From Candidatus Acetothermia bacterium (GTDB lineage: Bacteria > Bipolaricaulota > Bipolaricaulia > RBG-16-55-9 > DRXL01), in NCBI GenBank assembly GCA_016179105.1, contig JACOSB010000054.1, forward strand, positions 84 through 64,083: 64,000 nt of DNA, read 5' to 3'. This document shows positions 1-9,966 of this stretch, piece by piece. The position numbers and the translations under genes were made by a program. Below the pieces are notes generated by a model. It saw only the letters and a list, made by a program, of their open reading frames with translations, made no database searches and was not told the origin of the DNA. Position 1 is the first letter of the stretch; the number at the start of each line of letters is the position of its first letter.

Positions 1-85
1 GACCAAGGTAGCGAGAATCATGCTTTCTGGGCAACTCCAAAACTCGCACATGGGGTTAGTTACTTACAAGGAGGAATTTTTCATT

Positions 86-1309
86 ATGTTAAACGTGAGC
101 AAAAGAGCATTAGCCACCCAGCCATCGCCCATTCGTAAGTTAAAGCCGCTCGCGGATGCCGCGAAGAAAGCGGGCAAAACCATCTATCACCTGAACATCG
201 GACAGCCGGATATTCCTACGCCGAAAGAATTTTACGAGGGCGTCAAGCAAGCTCCGGCTGTTCTCGCCTACAGTCCTTCGCAGGGTATGGATGAGACGCT
301 TGACGCCTGGATCGGCTATTATAAAACGCTCGGTGTCTCGCTCAAGCGCGAGGAAGTCATCACGAGCACGGGCGGCAGCGAAGGCCTCGTCATGACTCTG
401 CTCGCCCTGACCGATCCAGGCGATGCAATTCTCGTGCCCGAGCCGTATTACACCAACTACAACATGTACGCCCGCATGGCCGGGATCGAGATTATTCCCA
501 TCGAGACCCGCGCCGAAGAAGGCTTTCGCCTCCCCAACAAGCGCGCGATCGAGTCGAAGATCACACCAAAGACTCGCGCGATCATGTACTGCAACCCCGG
601 CAACCCGACCGGCGTCGTCTACAACGCGCAAGAAATCGAGATGTTAAAACAGATCGCGCTCGAGAAAAATCTTTATTTAATTGCTGACGAAGTGTATCGA
701 GAATTCGCGTATGATGGCCTGAAACCCATCAGCGTCTTGCAGCTTTCGGGACTCGACCAGCACGCGATCTGCGTGGACAGCATCTCGAAGCGCTTTTCAG
801 CTTGCGGTGCGCGCATCGGAGCCGTCATAAGCCACAATCCCGAAGTGATGCAGTCAGTCTTAAAATTTGCGCAGGCGCGGCTCTCACCGCCCACACTGGA
901 GCAATATGGACTCATCAACATGCTGCGCTCGCCGAGTTATACGGCTTTTATCAAAGAGATGATCGCTGAGTTCGAGCGACGCCGCAACATTCTCCATGAA
1001 GAATTCTCCAAAACTCCGGGAGTCTTGTGTCACAAGCCGCAAGGGGCATTCTATGTGATCGCCAAGCTGCCGGTCGAGAACGCCGAAGAGTTTGTGAAAT
1101 GGCTGCTCACTGAATTTGATGTGCACGGCGAGACGGTAATGCTCGCGCCCGCTGCTGAGTTCTACGGGACTCCGGGCAAGGGCCGAGACGAAGTGCGCAT
1201 CGCGTATGTGCTCAACACGACCGCGCTCAAGAAAGCGATGACAATTTTGCGCGAGGGGCTGGCGGCGTATCAGAAGAGAACAGCGAAAGAGACGGTGCGA
1301 GCGCAGTGA
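86..1309 (+). CDS. PLP-dependent aminotransferase class I/II (aspartate aminotransferase-like)
   Basis: Motifs LNIGQPD, NPGNPTG, DEVY and SISKRFSACGARIG (PLP lysine). Start moved to ATG 86, after the AGGAGG ribosome-binding site. Confidence 0.9.
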   Translation: MLNVSKRALATQPSPIRKLKPLADAAKKAGKTIYHLNIGQPDIPTPKEFYEGVKQAPAVLAYSPSQGMDETLDAWIGYYKTLGVSLKREEVITSTGGSEGLVMTLLALTDPGDAILVPEPYYTNYNMYARMAGIEIIPIETRAEEGFRLPNKRAIESKITPKTRAIMYCNPGNPTGVVYNAQEIEMLKQIALEKNLYLIADEVYREFAYDGLKPISVLQLSGLDQHAICVDSISKRFSACGARIGAVISHNPEVMQSVLKFAQARLSPPTLEQYGLINMLRSPSYTAFIKEMIAEFERRRNILHEEFSKTPGVLCHKPQGAFYVIAKLPVENAEEFVKWLLTEFDVHGETVMLAPAAEFYGTPGKGRDEVRIAYVLNTTALKKAMTILREGLAAYQKRTAKETVRAQ

Positions 1310-1372
1310 ACAACTCTTTATCCTTCATATGTGTCGATTTCGTTGATCAGCCAAGGAGTTAGATAGGATAGT

Positions 1373-3307
1373 TTGCATATGAAAATCGAGCATCAAGCAC
1401 TCTCTCATCAATCTCAATACTCAGACGACCAGCGCAAATTATTAGGGGTACACTACACTCCCGATGCTATTGTTGAGTATATCATTCGTTTTACACTCCG
1501 ACCTTATCTAGAGAAAAACAACCTCGAAGCCATTCGTAATATTACTATTGTAGATCCAGCCTGTGGATCTGGATTGTTTCTTCTAAAGGCGTTTGACACA
1601 CTTTGTTCTTTTTGGAAACAGCATCTCGGTTGTCTTCATGCGAGAGATGCCCAATATATACTTGAAAACAATCTTTATGGTGTCGATATTGATGTATCAG
1701 CTGTGAATGCAGCAAAGACCCATTTAACTACTAGAGCCAAAGAGTTGGGGGTAAAGACAATCAATGTAGATCATAATATTTGTCAGGGAGATGCTCTGGT
1801 GAGACCATTTTCTCAGCCTAGACTAGCAATGATTTTTAATGCTGAGTCATCTTCAGATGAATTTGACTGGCATCAAAAATTTCCCCAGATATTTGCTCGA
1901 GGAGGATTCGATTGCGTCGTTGGCAATCCCCCCTATATTCGTATCCAGCATGTTCAGCCACCAGAACGACGCGCCAAATATGTTGAGATTTACCAAACAG
2001 CTCGTGGACGGTTCGATATCGCAGGACTCTTTATTGAACTAGCGAATAGCCTTGTTAAGCACGGAGGGCGAATCGGATATATCGTTTCTAACAAATTATT
2101 GAGTACAAGCGGTGCAAGCGAATTGAGGAGTTACATCTTGACCCATTACAGGCTCGTAGAGATCGTTAATTTGTCAGATACTAAAATGTTCGCAGCCTCT
2201 GTTCTACCTATGATTCTGGTTATGGAGAAAAGACCCACTCAAGGGAAATTATTCGTGCACGCTTCAATCAAAGAGATCAAAGAGATCAACCAGACTCTTC
2301 CTCCTCCCTCCGTGGAAAGTTTGTTAGAGCCATTAGAGCAGGCTGAATTACCGCCTCTGCGAATAGATGTGGAATGGGAGGGGCGTTACTTCCGCATCGA
2401 GAAGTTCGAGTCTCCGCTGCCTACTCACCATCAACGTGTATGGACATTCCACTATCCATCTGAGCGGAGGATTATCGAAAAACTGAGAGAGAACGCTGTT
2501 CGTACGTTGGGATCAATCGCCCACAAGATCAGTGTTGGACTAAAGACAACGGCAGACGATGTATTCATTAAACGAATGACATTAGATTTTCTTCAACAGA
2601 ATAGGCTGGAACAAGAAATTGTGTTCCCAATTTTGGAAAGTCATAACATTCAGCGGTGGAAGTGTGATTGGAAACCCGAACGAGATCTTTACGTATTGTA
2701 TCCACACCGCGAACAAAATGGAAAGGTTCTCCCAGTTTGTCTTGACCTTTACCCAAATGTTGAACGCTATTTGCTGTCACATCGAAAACAGTTGGAGGCT
2801 CGAACGTACCTAAAAGCAAGTGGGCGGCAATGGTATGAGATTTGGGTCCACCAATCACCCAGGGATTTCGAGCAGATCAAACTCATTACACCCGACATTG
2901 CGCCACACAATTGTTTCGCGTTGGATGACCAAAAATATTTTGTCAACGGGACGTGCTTCTATATAATTCTTAAAGATCAATCTCTTAACTACAATCTGTT
3001 GATACTAGCCCTACTTAATTCAAGAGTGCTAGAGTTCTTCCACAAAGCGACTAGCGGTAACGTGTTGTATGCGAAGCGCTTCCGCTATTGGACATCCTAT
3101 CTAAAGACTTATCCCATCTGTGATATTGCCCAACCCAAGCATTCTGCTATAGTGAAACAACTCATCGAGAACACACGCAAGCTTATGGGCATAGTTAATG
3201 AACAAAAAAGAATTAGCTTAGAGAGAGAAAACGATAGATTGGTCTATCAACTCTATGGGCTTACTGATCAAGAAGTCGAAGAGCTTGAGTCCTTTCTCTT
3301 GTGCTAA
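1373..3307 (+). CDS. N6-adenine DNA methyltransferase (Eco57I/TaqI-like, gamma class) with C-terminal target-recognition domain
   Basis: Motif X (GVHYTP), motif I (DPACGSG) and motif IV (GNPPY) in gamma order; TaqI-C-like tail (LALLNSRVLEFF...); AT-richer than its flanks. Confidence 0.9.
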   Translation: MHMKIEHQALSHQSQYSDDQRKLLGVHYTPDAIVEYIIRFTLRPYLEKNNLEAIRNITIVDPACGSGLFLLKAFDTLCSFWKQHLGCLHARDAQYILENNLYGVDIDVSAVNAAKTHLTTRAKELGVKTINVDHNICQGDALVRPFSQPRLAMIFNAESSSDEFDWHQKFPQIFARGGFDCVVGNPPYIRIQHVQPPERRAKYVEIYQTARGRFDIAGLFIELANSLVKHGGRIGYIVSNKLLSTSGASELRSYILTHYRLVEIVNLSDTKMFAASVLPMILVMEKRPTQGKLFVHASIKEIKEINQTLPPPSVESLLEPLEQAELPPLRIDVEWEGRYFRIEKFESPLPTHHQRVWTFHYPSERRIIEKLRENAVRTLGSIAHKISVGLKTTADDVFIKRMTLDFLQQNRLEQEIVFPILESHNIQRWKCDWKPERDLYVLYPHREQNGKVLPVCLDLYPNVERYLLSHRKQLEARTYLKASGRQWYEIWVHQSPRDFEQIKLITPDIAPHNCFALDDQKYFVNGTCFYIILKDQSLNYNLLILALLNSRVLEFFHKATSGNVLYAKRFRYWTSYLKTYPICDIAQPKHSAIVKQLIENTRKLMGIVNEQKRISLERENDRLVYQLYGLTDQEVEELESFLLC

Positions 3308-3324
3308 GCTAAGCACACAGACCT

Positions 3325-3945
3325 ATGCGTAAAGCTACGATTCTAAGCGAAGCGAATCGAAAAAAACAGCTGATCTATCGAAAGGATTTGGAAGATGCGA
3401 ATGTTTTAGCTAACCAACGGCCGGAAGCATCGATGCTTTACAGATTGGAAGAAATTGCAGTCTTAGTAGAAGACCTTATGGGGATTGACGCACCCCGCGA
3501 TGAAGACGGAAGAATTTTGGAAGTTCGACCCAAGGGTCACTGGTTTGAATTTGAAGTTGCGAAGCGCCTGGGATACAACTATCCTCCAGTAGCAGGGCTA
3601 TTCCCTGATATTCGGCATCAAGTTTTAGAAATCAAACATCATACAGGTAAGAGTGTAACTGTTGATTTTGGTCGTTATCATCCAGGTTCAGACGAAATTA
3701 TCAATGAAGTTTGGAATCAAGAACTACAGCTACACGTGAACGAAATTCGTTATTTGATAGCATTAGCTCCGCCGCCAGAACATAAGATCACTACGCTTAT
3801 TCTCTTGACTGGAGCTCAAATTATGGATGTTTTTGGTGTTTCTCCTAAAGCAACTATCAAATATCAGATGGGGATCTCGAACCAATGGCGTGAAGAACAC
3901 CGAGGTAAAATGCTTGTTGGAGAATCGGTTTGGCATTCATTATAA
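3325..3945 (+). CDS. Putative type II restriction endonuclease (PD-(D/E)XK)
   Basis: 17 bp downstream of the methyltransferase, same AT-rich composition; FPDIRHQVLEIK fits PD...ExK. Confidence 0.6.
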   Translation: MRKATILSEANRKKQLIYRKDLEDANVLANQRPEASMLYRLEEIAVLVEDLMGIDAPRDEDGRILEVRPKGHWFEFEVAKRLGYNYPPVAGLFPDIRHQVLEIKHHTGKSVTVDFGRYHPGSDEIINEVWNQELQLHVNEIRYLIALAPPPEHKITTLILLTGAQIMDVFGVSPKATIKYQMGISNQWREEHRGKMLVGESVWHSL

Positions 3946-3988
3946 GCCATTAATATGAAGAGAGACATCAGTGTTCTAATTCATTCTC

Positions 3989-4078
3989 ATGTTCTTGTAT
4001 GACCACATCGGCCAAAGCTACGACTCCACCCGCCGTGCTGACTCGTACATCCTCAGCCGCTAATCCACCACCTCAACG
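3989..4078 (+). pseudogene. Frameshifted fragment duplicating the 5' end of the SAM methyltransferase at 4580
   Basis: TATGACCACATCGGCCAAAGCTACGACTCCACCCGCCG matches 4589 onward; reads MFLYDHIGQSYDSTRRADSYILSR then stops after a 1-nt deletion. Confidence 0.8.
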
Positions 4079-4130
4079 TTACATTTGCTGAACCTAGCAA
4101 TAGGCTCGCATTTTTTGGTAAGGTTGCTAC

Positions 4131-4373
4131 GTGATTGAGTACGAGTTTTCTGAACACGCTTTTGATATGCTAAAGGAGAGAGATATCTCAGAGAACTGAG
4201 TGAAGTCAACTATTGAAGCACCCGATATAAAAGAATCCAAAGATGATGGCACTGTTCATTACATCAAATCGATCCAAGAACACGGTGGAAGATATCTACG
4301 TGTTGTTGTAAATCCTGATGCAAAGCCTCAAAGGGTAGTGACGCTCTTCTTTGATCGTAGATTGAGGAGGTGA
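4131..4373 (+). pseudogene. DUF4258-like (RelE-fold) toxin with internal nonsense codon
   Basis: Manual translation: MIEYEFSEHAFDMLKERDISEN*VKSTIEAPD...RYLRVVVN...VVTLFFDRRLRR. TGA at 4197-4199 falls where homologues usually have Trp. Confidence 0.8.
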
Positions 4374-4375
4374 AG

Positions 4376-4576
4376 ATGAAACTAAAAGTTGACCACAAGA
4401 ACGATGCTTTGTACTTTCGACTTGACGAATCAGCGATTGTCGACTCTGAAGAGATAAAGCCAGGTGTGATTCTCGATTACGATGCCAATGACAATGTTGT
4501 CGGCATCGAAATCCTCAACTTGAGCAAGCGTGTCTCTGCGGAGACGCTTAAAAGCTTACAGTTCGAAACAGCATAA
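4376..4576 (+). CDS. DUF2283 family protein (putative antitoxin)
   Basis: KVDHKNDALYFRL...GVILDYDANDNVVGIEIL pattern; directly follows the DUF4258-like gene. Confidence 0.85.
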   Translation: MKLKVDHKNDALYFRLDESAIVDSEEIKPGVILDYDANDNVVGIEILNLSKRVSAETLKSLQFETA

Positions 4577-4579
4577 TAG

Positions 4580-5359
4580 ATGGCCACATATGACCACATC
4601 GGACAAAGCTACGACTCCACCCGCCGCGCAGACCCATATCTGCCCAGTCGTCTGATCCATCATCTCAATGCCAAGCCCGGCGATAAAATTCTCGATGTCG
4701 CCTGCGGCGCCGGCAACTACACGATCGCTCTTGCACAAGCTGGACTCCAGATGCACGGGATCGATCAGTCCAGCGTCATGCTGGAATACGCCCGCAAGAA
4801 GAGCAACAGTCATTTGGTCCAGTGGCACCTCGGCGATGCTGAGCACATGCCCTTTGCCGATAAAACTTTCGTAGGCGCGCTCTGCACGCTCGCGATCCAT
4901 CACTTCAACGACACGCGACCGATCTTCGCCGAAGTCTACCGCGTGCTCGCGCGCGGGCGCTTCGTCATCTTCACCGCCGACCCAGAGCAAATGAAAAAGT
5001 ATTGGCTCAATGTGTACTTCCCCCAGATGATGTCTAAGTCAATCGCGCGAATGTCCATGCTAGCCGCAGTCGAACAGAATCTACGAAATGCAGGCTTTAA
5101 GGCCATCCACAAAGAATCATTCAATGTGACCAACGAACTGCAAGATTTATTCCTCTTCAGCGGCAAGCATCGCCCCCAGATTTATCTAGACCCACGCGTG
5201 CGCGCGGGTATCTCTTCATTCGCGGACCTTGCGGATGCAGATGAAGTTGAATTAGGATTGCAGCAGCTCGCAGCAGATATTGACTCCGGAAAAATTTCTG
5301 AAGTGATCGCAACGCACCCCAACGAGAGCGATTATCTCTTCGTCATCGCTGAGAAGTGA
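4580..5359 (+). CDS. Class I SAM-dependent methyltransferase
   Basis: ILDVACGAGNY motif I; GDAEHMPF; YRVLARGRF. Confidence 0.9.
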   Translation: MATYDHIGQSYDSTRRADPYLPSRLIHHLNAKPGDKILDVACGAGNYTIALAQAGLQMHGIDQSSVMLEYARKKSNSHLVQWHLGDAEHMPFADKTFVGALCTLAIHHFNDTRPIFAEVYRVLARGRFVIFTADPEQMKKYWLNVYFPQMMSKSIARMSMLAAVEQNLRNAGFKAIHKESFNVTNELQDLFLFSGKHRPQIYLDPRVRAGISSFADLADADEVELGLQQLAADIDSGKISEVIATHPNESDYLFVIAEK

Positions 5360-5373
5360 TCTGAGGAGGTCTT

Positions 5374-5811
5374 ATGAAAACGCCATTTCGCATCCAGCGC
5401 TTGGGTCCGGGAGACAAAGAGAAGGCGTGTATGGTCGCTGAGATTCATAAATCGTTGCGCCCGAGCCGCGAGTACATGGCCGAGTTTCTCGCCAATCCCA
5501 GAAATTATCTGATCGTCGCTTATGTTGGTGAAGAGCCTACGGGATTTATCTTGGGATATGAGCTGCAGCGTGTCGACCGCCGGAACCCAATGATGTTTCT
5601 TTACGAAATCGGCACTTCTGAGAACCATCGCAGGAAGGGGATCGGACGCGCGTTAGTGAGTGAGCTCGATCGCATCTGTCGCGAGCGAAAATTTATGAAA
5701 ATGTACGTCTTCACTGACGAAGCCAATGTTGCTGCAATGGGTCTCTATCAAGCAACGGGAGGCAAGAGATCGCTTCCCGACAATGTCTTGTTTGGATGGC
5801 GTTACGACTAA
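5374..5811 (+). CDS. GNAT N-acetyltransferase
   Basis: HRRKGIGRAL acetyl-CoA motif; NVAAMGLYQATG. Confidence 0.9.
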   Translation: MKTPFRIQRLGPGDKEKACMVAEIHKSLRPSREYMAEFLANPRNYLIVAYVGEEPTGFILGYELQRVDRRNPMMFLYEIGTSENHRRKGIGRALVSELDRICRERKFMKMYVFTDEANVAAMGLYQATGGKRSLPDNVLFGWRYD

Positions 5812-5846
5812 AATTCTAGATCTGTAGCAAATAGAAAGGAGAGCAC

Positions 5847-6581
5847 ATGCGCATCGCAATCATCTCAGACATCCACGGGAATTTAGTTTCGTTTGAAACT
5901 GTTCTCAAAGAGATTAACCGTGAGAAGCTAGATCAGATTGTCTGCTTGGGCGATGTGGCTGCATTCGGCCCTCAGCCTCGTGAAGCTATCGCTCGGCTCA
6001 AATCCCTGAACTGTCCCGTGGTCATGGGCAACGCAGATGTAGAATTATTAAGCTCTCCATCCGTAGAGATAACTGATGAGCATGCTCGCCGCATAGCAAA
6101 GATGGCGACCTGGGGAGCAACGCAACTTTCTCAATCGGATTTAGATTTCATCCGCACTTTTCAACCGACGGTTGAGGTGCCTTTGGATGGGGAAAAGAAT
6201 CTACTCTGTTTTCATGGTTCCCCTCGATCGAATACCGAGATCATTCGAGCCACGACGCCCGACGAGGAGTTGGGAAGTATACTGTCTGGCTTCTATGCCA
6301 GCATAATGGTAGGCGGGCATACGCATACCCAGATGATCCGACGCTTTGGAGAGACAATCGTTATGAACCCCGGCAGCATAGGATTGCCCTATGAATTCTC
6401 CTGGGCAAAAAAAGAGGAGGTTCGGAATCCTCCGTGGGCCGAGTATGCGCTCATCAGTTATGAGAAAGAAAAACTGGGCATTGAACTGCGACGTGTACCC
6501 GTCGACATCCAAGCTATAAGACAAGCGGCGCTCCAGAGCACGATGCCTGATGCAGCAGAGTGGGCAGCGGGGTGGAGATAA
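5847..6581 (+). CDS. Calcineurin-like metallophosphoesterase
   Basis: SDIHGN, LGD, GNAD, HGSP, GHTH and NPGSIG motifs. Confidence 0.9.
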   Translation: MRIAIISDIHGNLVSFETVLKEINREKLDQIVCLGDVAAFGPQPREAIARLKSLNCPVVMGNADVELLSSPSVEITDEHARRIAKMATWGATQLSQSDLDFIRTFQPTVEVPLDGEKNLLCFHGSPRSNTEIIRATTPDEELGSILSGFYASIMVGGHTHTQMIRRFGETIVMNPGSIGLPYEFSWAKKEEVRNPPWAEYALISYEKEKLGIELRRVPVDIQAIRQAALQSTMPDAAEWAAGWR

Positions 6582-6648
6582 AATAAGCTGGACACAGTTA
6601 GTCAAACCATGTACGCTGGAATGTGATGATCTAGAAAGGAGAGGTGCT

Positions 6649-6900
6649 GTGGCAGTAAGACAAAGTCAAGTCCTGAGCCCTTCGAATGAGACAGTCGATT
6701 TTCTTCTCGAAGAGTTCGAAGAAGCCTGCGAACAAACCTTGTATATTCTCCAAAAGCTTAAGAAGACGAGCTACCAAGACTCAATTCATGAGGATCTCGA
6801 AGGCGCGTTTTACGCGGCTCTCCTCGACCTTCGAGACCACACACGCGACTTGGTAAAAGCTTGGGATAAGTTAACTGACTCTCTTCCTGATGAGGAGTGA
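6649..6900 (+). CDS. Small acidic helical hypothetical protein
   Basis: GTG at 6649 after AGGAGAGG; Glu/Asp-rich; stop overlaps the next start. Confidence 0.6.
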   Translation: MAVRQSQVLSPSNETVDFLLEEFEEACEQTLYILQKLKKTSYQDSIHEDLEGAFYAALLDLRDHTRDLVKAWDKLTDSLPDEE

Positions 6901-7097
6901 GCTCTTCTTTGGGCCAAAGGAAAAAGATTCGAAAAAAGATAAAAAGCCTTCAAGAAGTGATTAGATACCACCAAGAGAAAATCGCTCACGAGAAGAGCAA
7001 AAGCTCATCCGATAAACAGAACATTGTTTACTGGGAAAAAGAAATCCAAAGCCGACAGCGAGACATTGATCGACTGCGCAAGAGACTCAATCGTTAA
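6897..7097 (+). CDS. Small basic hypothetical protein
   Basis: Lys/Arg-rich coiled protein (IKSL...HQEKI...YWEKEI); GTGA overlap with the upstream gene. Confidence 0.6.
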   Translation: MSSSLGQRKKIRKKIKSLQEVIRYHQEKIAHEKSKSSSDKQNIVYWEKEIQSRQRDIDRLRKRLNR

Positions 7098-7106
7098 CCT
7101 CCTATT

Positions 7107-8033
7107 ATGCAAACTCAAATTGAAACCATTCTCTCCGTCCAGCAAGTACACAAACACTACGAAGGCACGAAAGCCGTCGATGGTGTAAGCTTTGAGATTC
7201 ACTCCGGAGAAATTTTCGGATTGCTGGGTCCCAACGGCGCGGGCAAGACCACGCTCATCCGCATGATCTTGGGAATCATGCAGCCTGACTCTGGAGAAAT
7301 TAATTTCTCTTTCTCGCCCGATGGTCGCTTTCAGCCTGAAAGAGTTGGTTACTTGCCCGAAGAGCGCGGGCTCTACGACGATCGCAAAGTTTCTGATACA
7401 CTCGTTTTTCTGGCGAGACTCAAGGGAATATCGCCAACCCAGGCCCGTGAGCGAGGTTTGCTCTGGCTCACCCGCCTCCAGCTCGAAAAATATTTCGATC
7501 GCAGAGTCCGTGAACTCTCCAAGGGCATGCAGCAGAAAGTCCAGTTCGTGGCTGCGATTTTGCATCAGCCCGCGCTCGTCGTGCTCGATGAGCCCTTTGC
7601 GGGACTCGATCCAGTCAACCAAGAACTTTTCAGCGAACTGATTCTCGAACTCAAATCGAAAGGCATGACTGTGCTGCTCTCGGCCCATCAGATGCACTTA
7701 GTCGAAGACCTCTGTGACAGAATCTTTCTCATCGACAAAGGTCAACAAGTACTCTATGGAAATTTGCGTGAGATCAAACGTAGCTGGGGCGAAGACTGGG
7801 TCAAGCTCGACTTTCACGGGAATGCCGAGTTTCTGCAGCAAAGTTCACTCGTAAAGAGCGCCACCATCAAAGACTCGCGCGCGGAGTTAGTTTTGAAGAA
7901 GGGCACCCGTCCAGAAGAGTTTCTGAACTCGATTTCTGGGAAGCTGGAGATCGAGCAAATTTCGATCCAAAAGCCGCCGCTGCACCACATCTTCGTCGAG
8001 CTGGTGACTCAAACGCCGGGTGAGAGCAAATGA
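7107..8033 (+). CDS. ABC-2 type exporter ATP-binding protein (NatA/YhaQ-like)
   Basis: GPNGAGKTT, LSKGMQQKV, LDEPF. Confidence 0.92.
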   Translation: MQTQIETILSVQQVHKHYEGTKAVDGVSFEIHSGEIFGLLGPNGAGKTTLIRMILGIMQPDSGEINFSFSPDGRFQPERVGYLPEERGLYDDRKVSDTLVFLARLKGISPTQARERGLLWLTRLQLEKYFDRRVRELSKGMQQKVQFVAAILHQPALVVLDEPFAGLDPVNQELFSELILELKSKGMTVLLSAHQMHLVEDLCDRIFLIDKGQQVLYGNLREIKRSWGEDWVKLDFHGNAEFLQQSSLVKSATIKDSRAELVLKKGTRPEEFLNSISGKLEIEQISIQKPPLHHIFVELVTQTPGESK

Positions 8034-9304
8034 GGCAGACATTGGAAATGGCACGCTGGGAGTTCTGGCAGAATCTTAAGAACAAGCTTTTTATCATAGT
8101 CACGTTCGTGAGCCCTTTAATTATGTTGGGCATCATTGGGGTCGTTTTCTTAGTACAAAACGCGGGACAGCGAAACGAGCTGAAGATCGCTCTCATCGAT
8201 CATGCAGGAATCGGCCAAGAGCTGGCGGCCAAACTCGCGGGTTCCAGTTATCGAGTGCAGACTGTCATAGAGCCAGAATCAGAGATAGCCAAGCGATTGC
8301 AAAAGGGAGAATTCGACGGGATTCTCATCGTCGAGACAGATTTTTCCGAGACGCTCGCCGCGCGCTATATTCCCAAGCCTCGCAGTTTCTTTCAGTCAGC
8401 GATAAAAGGCGATGTCAATTTTATCGCAGCGCCTCGCCCCATCACAGAAGTGCTCTCGCAGATCGCGCTCACGCACGGACTCCAAAGAGCAGGACTCTCT
8501 TCTCAACAAATCACGCGACTGACGCAAGGGGTTCACGTGAGCGTAGCGACTTCAACTGCTGAAGTGCAAGAACAAGTGAGCACGGGCCTCACGCTCGGAG
8601 TAGCTTTTGCGATGATTATCTTGTTGCAGATCATCACCACCAATTCGATCACCCTGATTCTCACGAGTGTGATGCGCGAGAAGCGCAATCGCGTCGTCGA
8701 GATTTTGCTCTCGTCGCTCTCGGCGAACGCATTGATGAGTGGGAAGATTCTAGGATTGGGGGCTTTGGCATTTTTGCAAGCGGCGATCTGGGCTTCGGTG
8801 GGATTGACGGTGATCTTTGTCGGCGGGCCTTATCTCGGGCTTCCGACGGGAGCGCTCGCGGCGGCTGTTCTGCCGTTTCTTGCTTGGGACAAGGTCTTGC
8901 TTTATCTCGCCTACTTTGTCTTGGGTTATTTTTTGTTGGCAGCGATGTGCGCCGCCGTGAGCGCGACGACGAGCGATGACCCGGCGAGCGCGAGCCAGCT
9001 CAACATGGCGCTCGTCTTCTTGCCTCCGATTCTTCCACTCTTACTCTTCACGCTCGTGCTCGATAAACCTGATCATATCGCACTAAAAATTATCAGTTTC
9101 TTCCCTCCAGCGACGCCGGGCATGATGATCCTGAGAACAGCTGTCAGTCCTGTGCCTTGGTGGGAAATTCTCTTAACGCTCGTTTTATTAACTCTATCGA
9201 CTTGGGGAATGATGCGGCTCGCCGGGAAAATTTTCCGAATTGGGATTCTGATGTACGGTAAATCCGCAGGGTTGAGGGAACTCTGGCGCTGGGCTCGGAG
9301 CTAG
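8030..9304 (+). CDS. ABC-2 type exporter permease (NatB/YhaP-like)
   Basis: EKRNRVVEILLSS, GKILG, multiple transmembrane segments; coupled to the ATPase gene. Confidence 0.9.
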   Translation: MRQTLEMARWEFWQNLKNKLFIIVTFVSPLIMLGIIGVVFLVQNAGQRNELKIALIDHAGIGQELAAKLAGSSYRVQTVIEPESEIAKRLQKGEFDGILIVETDFSETLAARYIPKPRSFFQSAIKGDVNFIAAPRPITEVLSQIALTHGLQRAGLSSQQITRLTQGVHVSVATSTAEVQEQVSTGLTLGVAFAMIILLQIITTNSITLILTSVMREKRNRVVEILLSSLSANALMSGKILGLGALAFLQAAIWASVGLTVIFVGGPYLGLPTGALAAAVLPFLAWDKVLLYLAYFVLGYFLLAAMCAAVSATTSDDPASASQLNMALVFLPPILPLLLFTLVLDKPDHIALKIISFFPPATPGMMILRTAVSPVPWWEILLTLVLLTLSTWGMMRLAGKIFRIGILMYGKSAGLRELWRWARS

Positions 9305-9840
9305 AAGATCTTTCTCAAATCGAGCACCAGATTTTTGAAAAGAGCAGAGCGCAACTCCTCGCGGTAGACACCCAAACTCTTATAGCCAGATTTGCCCAGC
9401 GAGAGCACTTCGATCGTTTTGTTGTCCGGATCGGCCAGCCAGAATTCTTTCACGTCATTCTTGGCATAAAGTTTGCGCTTGACTTGACGATCGTGATGGC
9501 TAGTGCCCTCCGAAATAATCTCAATCACCAGATCGGGAGCGCCAGAAATATTTTTCTTGGTGATAATAAACGAACGCGCTTTGGAGATGAAGAGCAGATC
9601 CGGCTGGACGACGTCTTCTTCAGAAAGAACGACGTCAAGTGGTGCGAAGCGCACCTCTCCTAGTTGATGTCGTCGGACATATCGATCTAGCTCACGGAAC
9701 AAATTTGCTGCCACTGTCTGATGCTCGTAATCTGGTGCCGGTGCCACCCCAAATTCCCCCTCAACCAATTCATACCGCTTGTCATTCGGCATGTGGAGAT
9801 AGTCCTCGTATGTAAACTTAATCGTTGCTTTCGTGGCCAT
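9301..9840 (-). CDS. Uma2 family endonuclease (DUF820)
   Basis: TYEDY...RYELVEGE, QPDL, GAPDLVIEIIS, EFWLADP. Start set at MATK after GAGG. Confidence 0.9.
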   Translation of the reverse strand: MATKATIKFTYEDYLHMPNDKRYELVEGEFGVAPAPDYEHQTVAANLFRELDRYVRRHQLGEVRFAPLDVVLSEEDVVQPDLLFISKARSFIITKKNISGAPDLVIEIISEGTSHHDRQVKRKLYAKNDVKEFWLADPDNKTIEVLSLGKSGYKSLGVYREELRSALFKNLVLDLRKIF

Positions 9841-9913
9841 ACATGTTGCCTCACTTTTTAGACTACTCTTTCTGAGCAGGCGAATCAACTCAAATCTGGA
9901 AACTGTCAAGAAT

Positions 9914-9946
9914 AAACAAAAAGGGAGCGTGTGCATCCACGCTCCC
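9914..9946 (-). terminator. Intrinsic terminator downstream of the Hsp20 remnant
   Basis: GGGAGCGTG/CACGCTCCC stem followed by a U-tract on the minus strand. Confidence 0.6.
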
Positions 9947-9966
9947 CCAACGGCTTGGTTATGGGT

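Noticed and set aside
4197-4199. TGA read as Trp or Sec (alternative code)
   Set aside because: Many intact genes here end in TGA and use TGG for Trp; a nonsense mutation is simpler.
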